A stretch of 63,403 bases of DNA, counting the filler, from Choristocarpus tenellus KU-1152 (lineage: Eukaryota > Protista > Phaeophyceae): NCBI GenBank assembly GCA_964200185.2. It is 10 parts of 10 records of this genome, joined end to end, with 100 filler letters (N's around TTAATTAATTAA, not from the genome) between each part and the next. Parts side by side here need not be neighbours in the genome. Positions count along the whole stretch, not along the records: positions 38,226 to 45,409 come from CAXNAD020006575.1; positions 45,510 to 50,722 come from CAXNAD020011490.1; positions 50,823 to 54,185 come from CAXNAD020020527.1; 7 more parts are not named here. The stretch is one strand, 5' to 3'. Shown piece by piece: positions 41,732 through 53,639 of this stretch. The notes beneath the pieces were generated by a model. The model did not search any database. It was given only the letters and a program-made list of their open reading frames with translations, and was not told the DNA's origin. The position numbers and the translations under genes were made by a program. Each line of letters opens with the position of its first letter. Positions within the stretch are counted from its first letter, which is position 1.

Positions 41732-42689
41732 GTAGGACTAGCCTTGCTCACCTCACCCAGCAGTACAAGGTGGTTGTCAGGCCATTGGATGCGAGAGACA
41801 TTTGTTGTGACAGTAGTATGTGGTGGAAAACTGACATTAGCAGCAAACCCATGCTCACAATATAGTCACGACCACCTTACTCTCATTTCCTTACTGCTGC
41901 CAACCCACCTGCCTCTACCAGGACGACTTGAGCTAACAGGCACTCGAGCCATCCAATCAGGGTGAACTTTGCATGGTTCGAGCCAAGCGATCGTGGCAAT
42001 AATCTCACTCATAAGAGCACTATCACGAATAGTATGTATCAACAGGGTACATACTCCCGTGTATTTTGTATGTGTGAAAATATGTTTGAATGATTTTTCG
42101 AGGTGCGCAATAGTGACTTGCAGATCAACACATGTGCACTATTCCTTTCGTTGTTCATAGGGTGAGGGAGCAGGCCAAACTGACTATCTGACTTTCAATT
42201 CAGTCTTAGCTCTTCGATGTTCACTATGCAGAACATGGGCATTGTAGAGATAGCAATGGGAGAGATAGTGTAGCAGCAATATAGAGTGTGATACAAGTTT
42301 ATCATCAGACAATGAATTCTGATGCCTGTGGAAGATCGTCAAGAAATGGGATACTAGAGTAGGATAGCAGTTCAAAAATCGATCTTTCTTTTTAAAGAAG
42401 AAACAATAATGGCAATGAAGACATTCAATTAGCAATAATACACCAGCTCGCATTGTAAGTAACCCAAATTCACCATTTTAAGTAGAAAAGAGAAATTTTC
42501 TTAGGACCAGAAGGAATAGTAAACTGGGAATTTCTTAGAGCCAGAATGTCTACCAAAGTGGAAATTTGGTCCAAATAACTTCCCTCTTTCCTATTCCTTC
42601 TGGTCCTAAGAAATGCCACTATACTACTCCTCCTGGTCTTACAAATCCACAGTATTGTACTCGGGAGCATATATATATATATATATTCT

Positions 42690-43720
42690 ACGCATTTTGC
42701 TCAGAAGTACGATGCATTCGATTCAGGTTTCAATAGGTTCTGAGCCTCAACACTTGATCGATACATATTACACCACATTTGGCCGACCTTGTCTTGTACT
42801 GCCCACACCTCTCTACCACACCCCACCAGATAACAACAAACTCTCGCCATGAAACGCACGCTGAAACTCCCTATCTTCACTGGCGATGACTCCTCCTGGG
42901 ATGCCTTCAATCTTGACTTCGTGGGCATCCTGAGCGGGGTTGCACTTCAGGCCCATAAAGTGCTGGTCCTGCGCCCATTATGCCCTTCCACCACCACCAC
43001 CTTACCCACCACCACCTTACGAAGAAGACAATGCTATTCGGCATACTCCTTGCTACCTGCCATGGACCTGCCGAAGACCTCCTCCATGGACTGCAACAGC
43101 GAGATGACACTCAACTCAACCATGGCCTCTGTCAGCATGACAAGCCCTACAGTCGAAGTACGAAGAAGCCACGGAGCAACGGATGCTCGCTATTACCATT
43201 GTTTCGAGCACTGCACCATGGACGCCAACGAGGACCCTGATCATTGACTTCTGCGCCTATACAAGGCCAAAGCTGAGCTGGAGGGGTTTGGAGAAACGAT
43301 CAGCGATTTTTGCCGGCGGGCTGCAATCATCTTTGGCCTATCACCGGATTTCGATACACTTCGCAGCCAAGTTTGCTTTCAGTCGGACTACTCCACTGAG
43401 GATCTCATTGCAGCAATTCGAGCCATCTACAACAATGACCTCAACCTTGCCGATTCTTCTACAGACGGAGCTCCCAGCCTTGCCCTGACTGCCAAAGCCC
43501 GCCCCTGCCGACGCTGCAATCAGCCTCGTCACACCTACCGCCGATGCCCCTCCTCACCCGCTACCACTTCATCACACCCCCTACCCTTCCACTGGCATGT
43601 GATGTTCCTTCCACATGACGTTCACACACAGCAACCAAGACTGCCGCGCCCAACAATGCCATCTTTCCCGGCCGTCAATCCCTCATCCGCCCAATGCACC
43701 ACCAACCACTGTTCGTAGAT
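42690..43720 (+). mobile_element. second decayed Copia-type element: LTR end, PBS-like tttggccgacc, gag
   Basis: MKRTLKLPIFTGDDSSWDAF gag start, EDPD..GETISD..GLSPDFDTL, CRRCNQPRHTYRRC knuckle; frameshifted. Confidence 0.75.
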
Positions 43721-44074
43721 AGTGCTGCTGGTACACTATAGACGCCATCGGTGGAGTAGATTAGGAAATGCAGACACCACTGNNNNNNNNNNATGTATGG
43801 TAGGGACCTGATACTTGACCATCAGTTGATATATCATGTATGGCACGTATGATAAGTAGATATGATTCTTTTCGAATTATCCATGTGGATGTTGCAAATC
43901 CCACATGGTAGGCTGCACTGGTCTTACCCACCTTCTCAGTCAGCGGAATCGAGACCACAAAGACCACTAGCCCCTTGTAATACTAACATTGTTCATCTAC
44001 ATCAAGCTGTTCTTTGTCCTTCATTAAAGCACCATAAAAGCCGTGGGTCCAGTGTGGGATAGTTCAACACGCTA

Positions 44075-44876
44075 TGTAGCGGACCGAATATTCCTGGGAC
44101 GTTGTGCGAAGCGACAAGACTGATAGTGAGCATTGCTATTGTGTACAAGACATCTGCCGGCAACCCCATCAGGGTCGCCAACCTCCCTACATTAGCTGGG
44201 AAGTAGGGAGTGGATTTCTTCGGTTTTGCGGTTCATTCTTAGGTCATCCGAAATGTTTGTAGCTGCGACTTTGCGCTACTTGACCCTGACATAGTCTGTG
44301 AAGGGTCAATTTGGATGTAGAGTCAAGGAAGGCTGCACCCAAGTTCAAAGGTTAGTGCGCGAGTGCTTCAGCTGCCACGGTAACATTAGGAGACGGTGTG
44401 TCAACTGCATTAGCGCTTAAGCTCTCCAATCGTGGAGATGAATGGCGAAAACCGAATGATCTCGCCCTTGCTTCAGGAAGGATGGTGAGTAGTAAAGCTG
44501 CTGGCAGAAAAGGGTCGCGGGAAGGGGCGCATATTCTGTTTCATGTGTGGCAAAGATGGCCACATGAGAGGTGACTGCCCCGACCTGGACAGGGGACAAC
44601 ACGCAGGTGCCTCTACAAGAATGGGGGAAGATGAAGGATAAAGATGGAAGATGTCCAAGGTGCAGGGGGATAGGGCATGACTATGATGAATGTCCCCTGA
44701 CCCTTCGGGCAAGGGAGAAGATCAGGAAACCCCCAAGAAGAGGGGATAAGTATGCCAATATGGTGTCGAAAGCTTCACCTCCGTCATCCAGCCCAGAGGA
44801 TCTTGCTGATCGGATGGAAAGGTTAGAAGGGTTCATCGGCTCTTATTTTGGTGAATTTGATCGTTATTCCCTATGA
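44075..44876 (+). mobile_element. retroelement gag fragment with two zinc knuckles, possible short LTR at 44075-44191
   Basis: CFMCGKDGHMRGDC and CPRCRGIGHDYDEC CCHC motifs; tgtag...ctaca-bounded 117-nt segment upstream. Confidence 0.6.
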
Positions 44877-45509
44877 CTGTCTTCTTTTGTGTTTGTCTTT
44901 CTAAATGTTTTAATTTGATTTTGTCCCCCATCTCTTGTGTATTTTGGTGCATACCCACAGTAGTCAAGTGACATCTGTGATGTTGTATGCAGACTGACTT
45001 TAGTCAGGGAGAGGCTTTCCTCGTGTTTGTGTGTATGGTATTTCAGTGATAAGTCAATTGTTTAGTACTACTTTTTCCAAAGATTCACTTTAGGCGTGAC
45101 ACTAGGGATATTTCCAGGATCGTGGGAGACGCATTTTGGTATGGCTAAGGACCCACAGTAGAAAACACCCCAGGACGTGTTCGTAGAGATTGTGATAGGA
45201 TAGGTAGGAAGTGACAGTTCCACCATATTACTTTGTTCCGAAGATTTGTAGTGGTGATGTACTAGGGAAGTTTCGTTGATTGTAGGAGACGCTGGATGTA
45301 TTGCTAAGGACCCTGCCATTTTATGGATTGTGGGAGACGCAATGGGACATCGCTAAGGACTTGCAGGAGAAAGTACCCCATAATGTTTCCACTGGAGGCT
45401 GCAGTAGGANNNNNNNNNNNNNNNNNNNNNNNNNNNNNNNNNNNNNNNNNNNNTTAATTAATTAANNNNNNNNNNNNNNNNNNNNNNNNNNNNNNNNNNN
45501 NNNNNNNNN

Positions 45510-47395
45510 CATTTCCCCTGGGGCCCCTCCCATCAGCTGGCCTTCCACCACCGCTGCCCCTTCCCCTCCCCCCAGCCCTCCCCCCCCCTACGCTCCAGCT
45601 CTCCCCATCACGGATGCATTCTAATGTACGACCCCACATACTCGGGTTATGCAGGAGACCAAGCCCAGGGGCACCTGACAGGGTCTCAGTCGCTGTGTCC
45701 TCCAGCCATTTCACAATGGCTTCAGTCCGGCGGTATGGTGCATCTCTGAGACGCAGCCTTCGTAGGACTTCCCCATCAGGAGCATCTGGACCTGGTGCAG
45801 CATCCAAGGACATGACCCCATCTCTATTCTCCCCGTTACTTGCCCAGGTAGCTGCCATGGTAGCAGCGTTATCCCTCCCAATTGCCACCTTAATTTGTTC
45901 ATCCTCTTCGCGTGCCTGGGTGAGTTGATGGAGCAACTTCCATGTGTTCTTTTCAAGTTGGAGCTCCTCTGCTGCCAACTTCACTTCATCATCCATTGCT
46001 GATGATAAGATGCGTCGGTTTCCACCAGCTCCACCATGCAACTCCAGTGATCGCTCAGCTGCAACGGAAGCTACTTTGTGGGCGGAGGAGGAGGCCTCAT
46101 AGAGCTCGTTCAGTATTGGGAATGACAGCCTACATGACTTCCAGGCAAGTTCTCCTGGTTGGTAGCCAGCCTTCACAGCAACAAGAGGACAATAAGTGTG
46201 GAAGAGGAAAGGTTATTGGAGCTGAGTTAGAATTGGTAAAAAGGGAAAAACGAGGAAGATTTCTTTGAAGGACATTAGAGTCAATGGAAGGGTTGGAATC
46301 TTGGCCAGAGGGTGCAATATCCATGATTGACACAATGCTTTGGCATACGAAAAAATGTAGTCCTTGCACATAGGGAAAAAAAGTTATATCGTGTAACCAG
46401 ATCACAAATGGCATATTACGTAAGAGCACCTGGACAATGACATTTGGACATGTGGACAAGGGGGACTGATCATTGCATGATAAAGTACAGTGGACATTGC
46501 TTTGTATTTTCGTATATTGACAATTCATCCCAACACCGAGATTGAACCTAAGGGATGGTGAGGAATGTAAAGAAGTTGCTAGTCAGTCATAGCAAACATT
46601 GCCCAAAAAAGAAGATTGACATGCAATCACAATGTTTCCCATGCAACAGGAGAGGCATACAGAGGACCAGGACCACGCATTCCTGGGGAAGATGTGTTAC
46701 ATGGGTCGATGTCTTGACGAAATCGAGGGTGCATTGCTCTTGCAGCCATGTCAAGCTCACCACTGTGCCATTGAAGGTCTTCAGTGCCGTACAGAATGCC
46801 CTCTCCTCTGGCCTGCGTTCTGCATCTGGATGTGCCTTCTTATCTGCCCCAGCCGAGATACCCCCAGCATCTGGAGATCCGCCAGAAGGGCCCCAAACAC
46901 TGCCCAACTGCACGACGTTACCGCCACCATGAAGCCCCCCAGTGAACAACGCCCCAGCATCACTGGGGTTGAAGGGAAATCCCTGAACCTGAGGCGGGTC
47001 TGGGAACAAGCTTCCACCGACCACCTCGGGGAGACGAGTGCTGTACTGGTCGTCGCTGTAGGACTGACCGTTGAAATGTCCATTGCCGTAAGGGGTGCCA
47101 TACTGGGAGTCTACACCCTCTGTTACCTCCCGCAGAAGCTCCGCCGTGCGTTCGTAGGCATCTCGACCTGTGCGAGAGTGGCAGTGCGATGGACACAGGA
47201 ATGGTCATTAGAAATGAGAACGTAAACACAGAATACGATCTAGGATTTTCATGGTCTGTCCCACAACGTCAAGAGGTAAACAAAGGAACTGTGTTTAGTC
47301 TCCGTTTAATGGGCGCCATTACCTGCTGATAGGTAGGAGGTTTCCTCCCCATCTTCTTCACTGTCGAGGCCCACGCCCTGCCAGCTTTTCTCTAT
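45510..47395 (-). CDS. NUP107: nucleoporin Nup107/Nup84, N-terminal exons 47323-47395, 46761-47167, 45510-46170 (runs into gap; first exon not located)
   Basis: ELQLEKNTWKLLHQL...YRRTEAIVKWLEDTA...MWGRTL matches the Nup107 pattern; splice phases are compatible. Confidence 0.8.
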
Positions 47396-47938
47396 CTGAA
47401 CAGGGTTGGGCGAAATCAGGTTTCAAGGAAGCCATGGGCGAGCCATTACAGCGTAATAGGTGAGGTGGTGCCTGCAATGCAAAGGATTGCGTGTGACATT
47501 TCACAGGATCTAAATATGTGTTCCACCTATTCTTGCATTTTAACCATTTTCCATCGTGCAATAGGTGAGCGATTTCACACAGAAGGTCATCGAACAGAGC
47601 ACCGATGTACTCTCTCAGAAGTACACAACTGGCTAGCCATATTGTCCACATTCGCATATATGTGGTGGCTTAATATTGATGATATAAACATCTTATGTAT
47701 CTGTATGCCCGACCTGATCCATCCTATAGCCATCCATGCCTTGCACAGATGAAGATGCACGGAAGCAACAACAAGATAGTGGTACTTGTAGGTACAAGGC
47801 CTCAAACGCCCAACCTGCGGCCAAGAACCAGCGAGGCGTTTTGTTTGACTTTCAAAATTATGTCCAATTAGACAATAATAGTGGTATCACAGTCAATAGA
47901 GAAAAAGTGAGAGAAAAGGTGAGAGAAAAGGAGAGAGA

Positions 47939-48305
47939 ATGGGTTCATCGGAATCTCGACCACAGGAGGAGGAAGAATTAAAAGAAGATCCTTGCGCGTT
48001 GCCGCTAGAGGCTTACTTGAAGTGAGCCACCATAACCTCTATCTTGGTTACACCGTAGATATGGGATTGGATTTGAAAATATCATTGTACCGCCGTCCAC
48101 TCTTCAGAGTGTTGTGGCCATCAACAACATATATTTCACCCTCAATAACAGGTGTGTAGAGGGTAAGTCCGATGGACTGAAGGAAGGAGATGAATGCTTG
48201 CAAGAGGTTGAGGCATACAAAAAATGTCGAAAATTGGCGAGAGCAAATCGAGGACGGACAGGAGCTTTGTCGGACGTTGCGACTGAAGCACGCTTGAAGA
48301 AATAA
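47939..48305 (+). CDS. small twin CX9C (CHCH-fold) protein, 78 aa; exons 47939-48021, 48152-48305
   Basis: MGSSESRPQEEEELKEDP-CALPLEAYLKC-VEGKSDGLKEGDE-CLQEVEAYKKC-RK...; the GT-AG splice completes the first CX9C. Confidence 0.85.
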
Positions 48306-49756
48306 TCCTACCAGCCAGGAAGTGCATGTGACTAAGTACCATCATTTAAGACCTATGGGTATAGGGGGTAAATACCATCATCTTGCATGTTCTATTCCAA
48401 GAGCTCCGTGTTTGGGTCAACTGTGGTAGCATTGGTCTTTGCGAGTGACTCCTGATAGACAACCGTGGTGCTAGAAATGCTGGCAGTTCATGCAATGGCC
48501 TAATCTTGTAGCCCACAACTCTGGGCTCTGTTTGATGCTCTACCGTCACATACTGTGAACTTGTCGCTCTTTGCTTCCATCGATGACTGGCAACCCGTCC
48601 TGTGATGCCACCCATTTCACATTCTTATCCTGTTGCAGGACAGTCCATCATGGCCTCATCCTCTCATTTCTGCTGAGTACTTTCCCAATACCCGCGGTTA
48701 AACGTCCTGATAATGAGTTACAACTGGAATAGCATGTAGGTGTTACGCGCAGCTTTGTTTCGATGTGATCCTAAAGTTGGTGCCATGTACATGTCATGGA
48801 AAGGGTTGGTTGGCGCACCCTATCAATACAACAATGCCCATCATGAGGGGTGTGAAGATTTTTTTGTTTTAAAAATACCACTTTAAGTATTGTTCAATGG
48901 TGAAGGTTACGCCAGTGCATGAAACAAGGGTTCATCAGTCATGTTTTGACTTCCACAAGGAAGCTATGACACACATACTATGTGTCATACAGGAAGTAGT
49001 GAGTTGTAGAAGTAGCTACACCAGGCTCTCTACGCGATTTGTGTAAATATTATTGGTGGTGCTACTGATAATTAGTAGCACCACAATCGTCTCTAAACTC
49101 TCACCCTGTTTGCCTGAACTCTTGCGGTGCAAAGACATGACGTTGTTAACGGTGCCATCGAAAGCACACAATATTCCAATCATACCAGCCGTATTATGAA
49201 TCAGAACAACACCGCGATCAATCTGGGGTCACGATTCTTCTTGTCCTCACACTTCTTCCGCTTTGGTTCCTTCCTTACACAGTGATCAATAGATAATCTT
49301 TGGAGCATCGACACAGTGGGGGGGTGGGGTGGAGTCTCAACTGCTTCCTAAGGACAGAACTTGGACAATATGAAGACACCAAGTTCTGAGTCACTGCACG
49401 ACACCATCCCCATGATCAATACACTCACCCGAAGCAACCAAAATAATCTCCTGGGATCAAAACTAGTCCTAACATTGTCACCGAATAGTCACTTTGAGAA
49501 CTCCTCCAAGAGTTTGTGTGTAGCGCAACCCTTGTTGCTGTCTCCCCACAAAGAGTATCCTCCAAGCCCCCCACCAGGAACCTGCTTTTCCCTTTCACCG
49601 ACGCTTTTGCTGTTGGTGGACTGTCCAACATTATCTCCCACACCAAAACGACATGCTGTATGATAGTTGCCTTGGGCCTGGAAGATGTCATCCATGGGGC
49701 CCAAGTCAGCGGGCCTTGGTGTGGTCAGAGGCAGAATGGGTGCCTCCACAGCGCCG

Positions 49757-50624
49757 TAGACACCCAGACCTCAGTCCCCACTGCCCACCATTGCACAGCT
49801 AGCTGGCTCGTGTCTTGTTGATGGTGGAGAGGAGAGGGGTGATGAGCCACTCATCTTCGGCTCACACCCTATTCTTTCCATCTATTGTAGTGAGCAGGTA
49901 GAATTCCGGTGAGGGGGTTGGGAAGGTACCGGGAGGGGAGGATATAAAGACAGAAATGTTGAGATATCATCTTCCTCATTAGGGCAGGGAGTTATGGTAT
50001 GTATTCACTGTACCTCCCAATGGGGAGGTAGAAATCCGTCTTGCTATAAGTCGCAGCAAGTGGATTGAGGATAAGAGCTGCTCTGGAGTAAACCGTTGCT
50101 ATCTTCTCATTTGCTCTGTCCATTTTTCAAGTTTTGGAGCTCTAGTGCTTCTCAACATGTCTCGAACCCTTCAAAAATGTGAGGCAAGTGCTTCATTGTC
50201 TTTCAGCTTCTGCTAAATGCGCAAAATGCACTGAGAGACTGTGTTGCAAGTGCCTTGGGATGACCCGATGTTGAGTTCTCCGCAACGGTGTACTCCAGAG
50301 CAGCTCTCATCCTCAATCCACTTACTGCAGCTCATAGCAAGAAGGATTTCTATCTCCCCATTGAGAGGTACAGTGAATACATATCATAACTCCCTGCTTC
50401 AATGAGGAAGATGAGATCTCAACATTTCTGTCTATATGTCCTCTCCACCCGGTACCCTCCCAACCCCCTCACCGGAATTCTACCTGCTCACTGCAATAGA
50501 TGGAAAGAGCAGGGTGTGAGCCGAAGGTGATTGGTTCATCACCCCTCTCCACTTCACCATCAACAAGACACGAGCCAGCTAGCTGTGCAATGGTGGGCAG
50601 TGGGAACCGAGGTCTGGGTGTCTA
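49757..50624. repeat. long inverted repeat, ~340-nt arms and ~180-nt loop
   Basis: 49757-50099 is the reverse complement of 50282-50624 with scattered mismatches. Confidence 0.92.
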
Positions 50625-51814
50625 AGGGACTTGTGATGGATGCGGGGTGTTTGGACATCAACATGCTCAATACCGAAGCTTGCTGGTTGGAGTCCGGAAA
50701 GAGCAGCAGCATGGGCCGCATGNNNNNNNNNNNNNNNNNNNNNNNNNNNNNNNNNNNNNNNNNNNNTTAATTAATTAANNNNNNNNNNNNNNNNNNNNNN
50801 NNNNNNNNNNNNNNNNNNNNNNTTGGATAGAGGGGGAAGGGGTGTACGTGTTGGGGTTGTCGCCAGTGGCAAACAGAGGCCGAACTTTGTCAGTGGGGGG
50901 GGGGTCGTCATGTGGAGTGTGCCTACCTTTGTGACGATTGTCTTTCCAGGAGGAACCTTATGAACTTTACAGTACCGTCAATCTTCCTCTGGTGTCGGAT
51001 CCCTCACGGTGTATACAGTTTTGATTGCCTTGATTGTATCCACTAGGGATGAAGTCCCTGGCATGCGCGCCCCGTGTAGTTCCAGTCTCCTGGCAGCAGA
51101 CTTCACCACAGCCTTGACTCCATCAGACAAGGACTTTCCGTGACAGGAGGCAAAGAAGTTGTGTACTACGGAAATTCCCATCCGTGCTTAAGACTGAGAA
51201 GCCCACCACATCTTCCATCTGTTCTTGAACTGGCTCCCGCAGCCATTGGACCAGATGTGGAGGACCTCTAGGGTCTGTCCGTATTCACTGGCTAGAGGTA
51301 TTAGGTGATATTTCACAAACATCTCCACAGCATTCTGGACGAACTCGTTGTCTTGAAAACAGTCTTCACTGCACAACGTCATGCTCTGAGCCTAAACCCT
51401 TCCCTTCCCAAGATTTCCCTCTTCTCTGAGATCCCTCAACCACCAGACAATGGTCAGAAGCGTCGTAAGGAATAGATTGAAGAACTCTTGTTGTGTCAAG
51501 TCTTGGTGGTTGTGCTGCAGGTGGGCGCTGAAGTCCATGGACATGGCGGAGTGTCCTTTGGGGAAGCGGGATTTGCAGTGTTTATATTGTTGCGCCTGCC
51601 AAATGGTGGTGTTGTGATGAAGGAAGAAGCTCTTATCGAAGTTTGCAAATATGACTTTTAGGAGTGTAGGGAATCCCTCCATCCTTGGCACCAGCAACTG
51701 TATCGGATGGGCCAGGTGGTCGCGTTTCGAGTGTTGTTGCTGGTGGTAGGTCGTAGTGATTCAGGTTTTGTTGTTGTGTAATCGATTATGTTCGATGCTG
51801 TGGGAGGGAGTATC

Positions 51815-52072
51815 GAGCGAAAGTATCTTAGAGGGTAGAGCCGTGTCCATTTGGGGGCCAAAATCTAATATCGCGATTTTGATATAATTTTGGCTATCGT
51901 GTTTGTTAGGAACCATCAATATCCTTGTTCCGGATACACCTTTTCATTACGTATATAATTTACATACTCCGAAACATTTCGGAATTGGAAAATGTCATAA
52001 AACCCCCCCGGGAAGCCAAGCCCCAAACGGGCAATCAGGGCAAAACTCCTATCCTCTAAGAAACGTTCACTC
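51815..52072 (-). mobile_element. MITE family B with TSD TATC
   Basis: tatc|gagcgaaagtatc...ttcactc|tatc. Confidence 0.92.
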
Positions 52073-52084
52073 TATCTACTTGTT

Positions 52085-52343
52085 GAGTGAAAGTATCTTA
52101 GAAGGTACGAGTTTTGCCCTGTTTGTCCATTTGGGGCTTGACTTCCCTCGGGCTTTTTTTTTACATTTTCCTACTCCGAAATATTTCGGAGTAGGTGAAA
52201 TGTGTATGTTATGAAAAGGTGTTTCCGCAACAAGGATATTGACACTTCCTAGCATACATAATAGCCAAAGTTACATCAAAATCGTAATGTTGTATTTTGG
52301 CCCCGAAATGGACGCGGCCCTACCCTCTAAGATACTTTGGCTC
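52085..52343 (+). mobile_element. MITE family B with TSD TGTT/CGTT
   Basis: tgtt|gagtgaaagtatc...gatactttggctc|cgtt. Confidence 0.92.
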
Positions 52344-52691
52344 CGTTGTTTGACGAATACGCCGTGACACATTCAATGTACACCGTAATTATTACTCAAA
52401 GGAAACTGTCGCTCACCTTTCGCCCCTGGCTGTGTTTGTCGGTAGACCCTGTGGCGTCTTCGTCATCATTCTCCTCGGTCCTGTTCCTCCTGAGGTTGGG
52501 GGCAGACTCTCCCACCATGCACTTAGCGACAATCAAATCGTCCGTCATGAGATTGTCCGACCTCAGCTCTGCATATTTTGCCTTGATCATCTGGATCATG
52601 CCATCTTTGATGGTCCTGCTGGGGATGGCGATGCCAAGTCCAGAGGACAGCGCCTGTGTGGCAGTGTAGACGGACATACAGATTTATTGCA

Positions 52692-52961
52692 GAGTGAAAG
52701 TATCTAAGAGGGTATGAGATTTTCCCTGTTTGTCCATTTAGGGCTTTACTTCCTATGGAGGTTTTTGTGACAATTTCCTACTCCAAAATGTTTCGGAGTA
52801 GGTAAAATGTGTACATTATGAAAAAGTGTGTCTGTAACAAGGATATTGACATCTCCTAACAAACATGACAGCCAAAATTACATCAATATTACATCAAAAT
52901 CGCAACATTGTATTTTGACCCCCAAATGGACGCGGCTCTATCCTCTAAGATGCTTTGACTC
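52692..52961 (+). mobile_element. MITE family B with TSD TGCA
   Basis: tgca|gagtgaaagtatc...gctttgactc|tgca. Confidence 0.92.
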
Positions 52962-53639
52962 TGCAGCATGGGTGTGTGGTCTGGATGTGAACATGGGGAA
53001 ATGGTCGATTGGTAGGGTAGGTTGCTGTGTCGGTCCTGGACCCGGAGTTAGGTTGGAACAGGACATGTTTGCACAATGTTGTGAGGGTGTTGTTCGGGAA
53101 AGGACCTTGCACAATGTTTGGTCTCGAAGTTTTCCAAGGAGTACGGCTGTGTTGGACAACACCCCACTTTGCAAGCATGGAGAAGGGTGTGTTTGATACA
53201 TCAAGAACCGAAACGGCCACGATTAGAATATCCTGAAATGGTGTGCATTACATATGCGGTCAATCGCGAGCTACATCATCTAAAAGGTTATGAAAACGTA
53301 CCATGAAGCATGTAGGATGAAGTGAATGAGGGTAGTTTATTGAACGGCAGAGTGTTTGTTTTGATCTGAATTTTTGGGGGGAAACAGTTGACAAATGCAT
53401 GGTGGGTGTCGCCCCAGACAATATTGGTGTATGTATGTACTACAATTGATGTGTTCTGTGAAAAGTAAACTAATGTGTATGATGGGTTTTGTGATGGAGG
53501 GGATACTGAACGTTTCATGTGATGTCGGTCAACACATATCCCCACATGCACATACCATTGTATGCGCCCCTTTCTCTATAGGGGATATGAGATTGCGATT
53601 GAGTTTTGTGGAAAGTCGAGGACGGTAGTTTGGAGGCAT

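Larger units (their letters stand above)
50927..53100 (-). pseudogene. Sola2-type DDD transposase pseudogene, probably intron-containing; 5' limit uncertain
   Basis: One frame with three internal stops: FFLHH..WQAQQY...MSMDFSAHLQHNHQDLTQQEFF...SEDCFQDNEFV...HIWSNGCGSQFKN...HNFFASCHGKSLSDGVKAVVK. Corresponds to Sola2 motifs DF(A/S)EN..E.QS, SD..HD, SDG..QYKN, FF..SHGK...DG. Confidence 0.8.

Noticed and set aside
50978-51697. Stop-codon reassignment or readthrough in the transposase
   Set aside because: Three different stop codons, each one C-to-T change from a sense codon; a catalytic Asp is also lost; host genes use the standard code.
51815-52961. MITEs acting as introner elements (GT and AG lie inside the TIRs)
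   Set aside because: Splicing at those sites would leave about 25 nt behind, and no copy interrupts a host exon in this window.
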